Position numbers and translations under genes: made by a program. From contig PEYJ01000041.1 in assembly GCA_002774425.1 (NCBI GenBank), positions 1 to 16,516 of the forward strand: a stretch of 16,516 nt of DNA, read 5' to 3'. The notes beneath the pieces are model-generated. The model was not told the origin of the DNA. It did no database searches and saw only the letters and a program-made list of their open reading frames with translations. Below, piece after piece: positions 14,323-16,516 of this stretch. Position 1 is the first letter of the stretch; each line of letters begins with the position of its first letter. Origin of the DNA: Parcubacteria group bacterium CG08_land_8_20_14_0_20_48_21. GTDB lineage: Bacteria > Patescibacteriota > Patescibacteriia > UBA1544.

Positions 14323-14872
14323 ATTTGGTTGATGGCAAGTAAAGAAAAGTTGCTCTTTTTCAAACCAAATTAGTGTTTTCGTGTCATAGTTCGCGTGTAT
14401 GGCTACACAACACGCGAAATCTCCCTGTTGCCGAGGGAGTATAAATCGTTTCGGCAAGCGGCGGTACCGGATACGAAGTAGCAATCTTCGCGACAAGATA
14501 CTTGAAGCAACGAGAGTAATCCTGGGTTCTCGAAATGATCGTGTTCTCCAGCAGGATAGAAGAAACATCCTAACACTCATTAACCGTCCTGTCTGTCCAC
14601 CGTATATTCGCAAACAAGCCTTGGAATTTCTGGAGCTTGAGCAAGACTTTCAAACATATCTGCGCTATCCGAGTCTGCGCTTGCCGACAACCACGAGCGC
14701 CATTGAATCAACTGGAGAATGGTACGCCGGACAACAAGAACGGCGCGCACACTGCAATCTGCAGCGCTTAGAGCCACTGTTTTTCTCCGCTTAAAAAGAT
14801 ACGTAATTTGCAATGGAAACATCAACTGAATTAAATAGATGATCCCAAACATTTCTTTAGACACCTCGCACT
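14323..14872. other. 550-bp region with no convincing ORF between glyQS and the peptidase gene. Candidate structured ncRNA or gene remnant.
   Basis: Only overlapping low-quality ORFs on both strands (Arg/Ser/Leu-biased). Several short hairpins (ctccc…gggag, cgaag…cttcg, cgaga…tctcg). GC similar to coding DNA. Confidence 0.3.
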
Positions 14873-16150
14873 ATGTACAAAAAACTCATTCTCAAAAACG
14901 GCACGCGGGTGCTGCTTGTGCCGCGGGAAGACACGGCAGCACTAACCGTACTCGCACTCTACAAAGTTGGCTCTCGCTACGAATCAAAATCCTTAAATGG
15001 TGTTTCGCACTTTTTGGAGCATCTCATGTTCAAGGGTACCGAACGTCGTCCGAATACGCTTGCCATATCCAAAGAGCTGGACAGCGTGGGTGCGGAGTAC
15101 AACGCATTTACCGGAAAGGACCACACGGGCTACTACATCAAGATAGCGGCGGAAAAAGCGGACTTGGCTATGGACATGCTGTCGGATATGTTGCACCATT
15201 CCAAGTTTGATGCAAAGGAACTTAACCGCGAACGGGGTGTCATTAAGGAGGAAATTCGCATGTACGAAGACAATCCGCTCATGTACATTGATGATATCTT
15301 TGAGAGTGCGTTGTATCGGGGGTCAACACTTGGCTGGAACATTGCGGGATCGGAAAAGACCGTGGATACCATGCCACGCGAAAGAATGCTTGCCTATAAG
15401 AACGAATTTTACCGACCGGAAAATGCGGTTGTGGCATTGGGTGGTAAGATACCTGATGATATTGGAGAACGTATGGAAATATATTTTGGTATCGCAAAAA
15501 AGTCCGGCAAGCGTCATCGTTCGCCGTTCTATAGAAACTTTAGGGTTACACAAAAATCACCTCACGTAGTTCTCTTGTATCGCGATGTCAATCAAACGCA
15601 AATTATGCTCGGCTGGCCTGCGTTCAAAAATACCGATCCCAAGTATCCGGCATTGCAATTATTGAGTACGGTGGTTGGCGGTAATATGAGTTCACGGTTG
15701 TTTATCCGCGTGCGCGAACGTAAAGGGTTGTGCTACATGATTCGTGCGACTGCCGGCGCCTACGAAGACACGGGAAGTTTTGAAGTACAGGCGGGACTGG
15801 ACAGTGCGCGGGTATTTCCCGCACTAGAGCTTATTTTGAAGGAACTCTACGCAATTGCGGATAAAGGCATTACTGCGGCGGAGCTTAAAAAGGCACAACA
15901 ATACTACGCGGGGAAAACCGTATTGGCTCTGGAAGATTCTTCAGCTTTGGCGCAATGGTTTGCTAATCAGGAACTCCTTACGGGGAAAGTACTCACGCCA
16001 GAGCAAAAAATGAAGCAGTTGGAAAAAGTGACCCTTGCGGATGTACAAGCGGTTGCGAAAAAAGTTATGCATCCATCCCGTTTAACTCTTGCCGCAATTG
16101 GACCATTCAAAGATAAAAAACCGTTTGAGGAATTGGTTGCTACCGCATAA
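14873..16150 (+). CDS. M16-family (pitrilysin/insulinase-like) zinc peptidase.
   Basis: The HxxEH zinc motif within GVSHFLEHLMFKGT, and the M16 two-domain length and pattern (…NAFTGKDHTGYY…, …GGNMSSRLF…). Confidence 0.85.
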   Translation: MYKKLILKNGTRVLLVPREDTAALTVLALYKVGSRYESKSLNGVSHFLEHLMFKGTERRPNTLAISKELDSVGAEYNAFTGKDHTGYYIKIAAEKADLAMDMLSDMLHHSKFDAKELNRERGVIKEEIRMYEDNPLMYIDDIFESALYRGSTLGWNIAGSEKTVDTMPRERMLAYKNEFYRPENAVVALGGKIPDDIGERMEIYFGIAKKSGKRHRSPFYRNFRVTQKSPHVVLLYRDVNQTQIMLGWPAFKNTDPKYPALQLLSTVVGGNMSSRLFIRVRERKGLCYMIRATAGAYEDTGSFEVQAGLDSARVFPALELILKELYAIADKGITAAELKKAQQYYAGKTVLALEDSSALAQWFANQELLTGKVLTPEQKMKQLEKVTLADVQAVAKKVMHPSRLTLAAIGPFKDKKPFEELVATA

Positions 16151-16173
16151 TGATGTTTTTTTCTTCTCACAAC

Positions 16174-16206
16174 AAAAAATCCTTAGAAATATTCCTAAGG
16201 ATTTTT
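16174..16206. terminator. Bidirectional intrinsic terminator shared by the peptidase gene (+) and tRNA-fMet (-).
   Basis: aaaaaatccttag-aaatattc-ctaaggatttttt: a perfect stem with an A-run and a T-run on either side. Confidence 0.7.
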
Positions 16207-16283
16207 TGGTTGCGGGGGAGGGATTTGAACCCTCGACCTTCTGGTTATGAGCCAGACGAGCTGCCAGACTGCTCTACCCCGCG
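16207..16283 (-). tRNA. Initiator tRNA-fMet (anticodon CAT), CCA encoded.
   Basis: Reverse complement CGCGGGGTAGAGCAGTCTGGCAGCTCGTCTGGCTCATAACCAGAAGGTCGAGGGTTCAAATCCCTCCCCCGCAACCA. Has the C1 x A72 mismatch and is close to E. coli tRNAfMet throughout. Confidence 0.9.
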
Positions 16284-16286
16284 TCG

Positions 16287-16315
16287 TTGACAAATTGATA
16301 TTTCACCCGTATGCT
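16287..16315 (+). promoter_or_regulatory. Sigma70 promoter, TTGACA-17-TATGCT, in the divergent tRNA spacer.
   Basis: TTGACA at 16287-16292, a 17-nt spacer, TATGCT at 16310-16315, about 100 nt upstream of the + strand tRNA. Confidence 0.4.
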
Positions 16316-16424
16316 GTAGCGGTAACTAGTCTAACATACGACATAAGATTTAGCAAGAGTAAGCGCGTGAAATTACAAGCAACAATATTTACTGCCAGAT
16401 TTTCACTCCCGCTCTTAGTTTTTT

Positions 16425-16500
<76 letters not shown>

Positions 16501-16516
16501 GAACAGAACTTAACGA

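Noticed and set aside
14399-14864. ORFs 14399-14794 (+) and 14580-14864 (-)
   Set aside because: Arg/Ser/Leu-biased composition, mutual overlap, and overlap with the peptidase start. No motif recognised. Kept only as part of the ORF-free-gap finding.
14323-14872. RNase P RNA hypothesis for the gap
   Set aside because: The minus strand has GAAAGUCUUGCUC, resembling the P4 5' strand (GAAAGUCCGGGCUC). No complementary CCGGCUUA-type 3' strand, and no CR-II/CR-III motif (AGGGUGAAA, GUAAGAGCGCACC), is found on either strand.

Overview
The window is a standard-code (TGA is used as a stop) bacterial chromosomal segment of roughly 48% GC, mostly housekeeping genes. The standout features are a new 48-bp palindromic repeat family with three copies (one in-frame inside lgt, two bracketing a pilin gene), a 1162-aa protein of unknown function, tRNA-Asp flanked by a 16-bp inverted repeat, and a 550-bp stretch with no convincing gene.

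+ strand, in order:
- the 3' end of ftsK, including the gamma/winged-helix domain;
- lgt;
- a secreted two-helix TrbC/VirB2-like pilin of the kind abundant in CPR/Patescibacteria;
- an SPFH/band-7 gene whose stop overlaps the start (ATGA) of a 4-TM membrane protein that looks like NfeD;
- a small ORF;
- a 1162-aa acidic protein of unknown function with Gly-zipper hydrophobic hairpins and a perfect 65-bp in-frame internal duplication;
- another small ORF;
- an AI-2E family transporter;
- glyQS;
- an M16 zinc peptidase.

- strand:
- a co-oriented smpB - ssrA (tmRNA) - infC - rpmI - rplT block;
- tRNA-Asp(GTC);
- initiator tRNA-fMet(CAT).

A second CAT tRNA lies divergent from tRNA-fMet on the + strand.

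Several near-consensus sigma70 promoters and hairpin-plus-T-run terminators are visible.

The family and pathway assignments are recognised from the translated sequences by memory; no database search was run.
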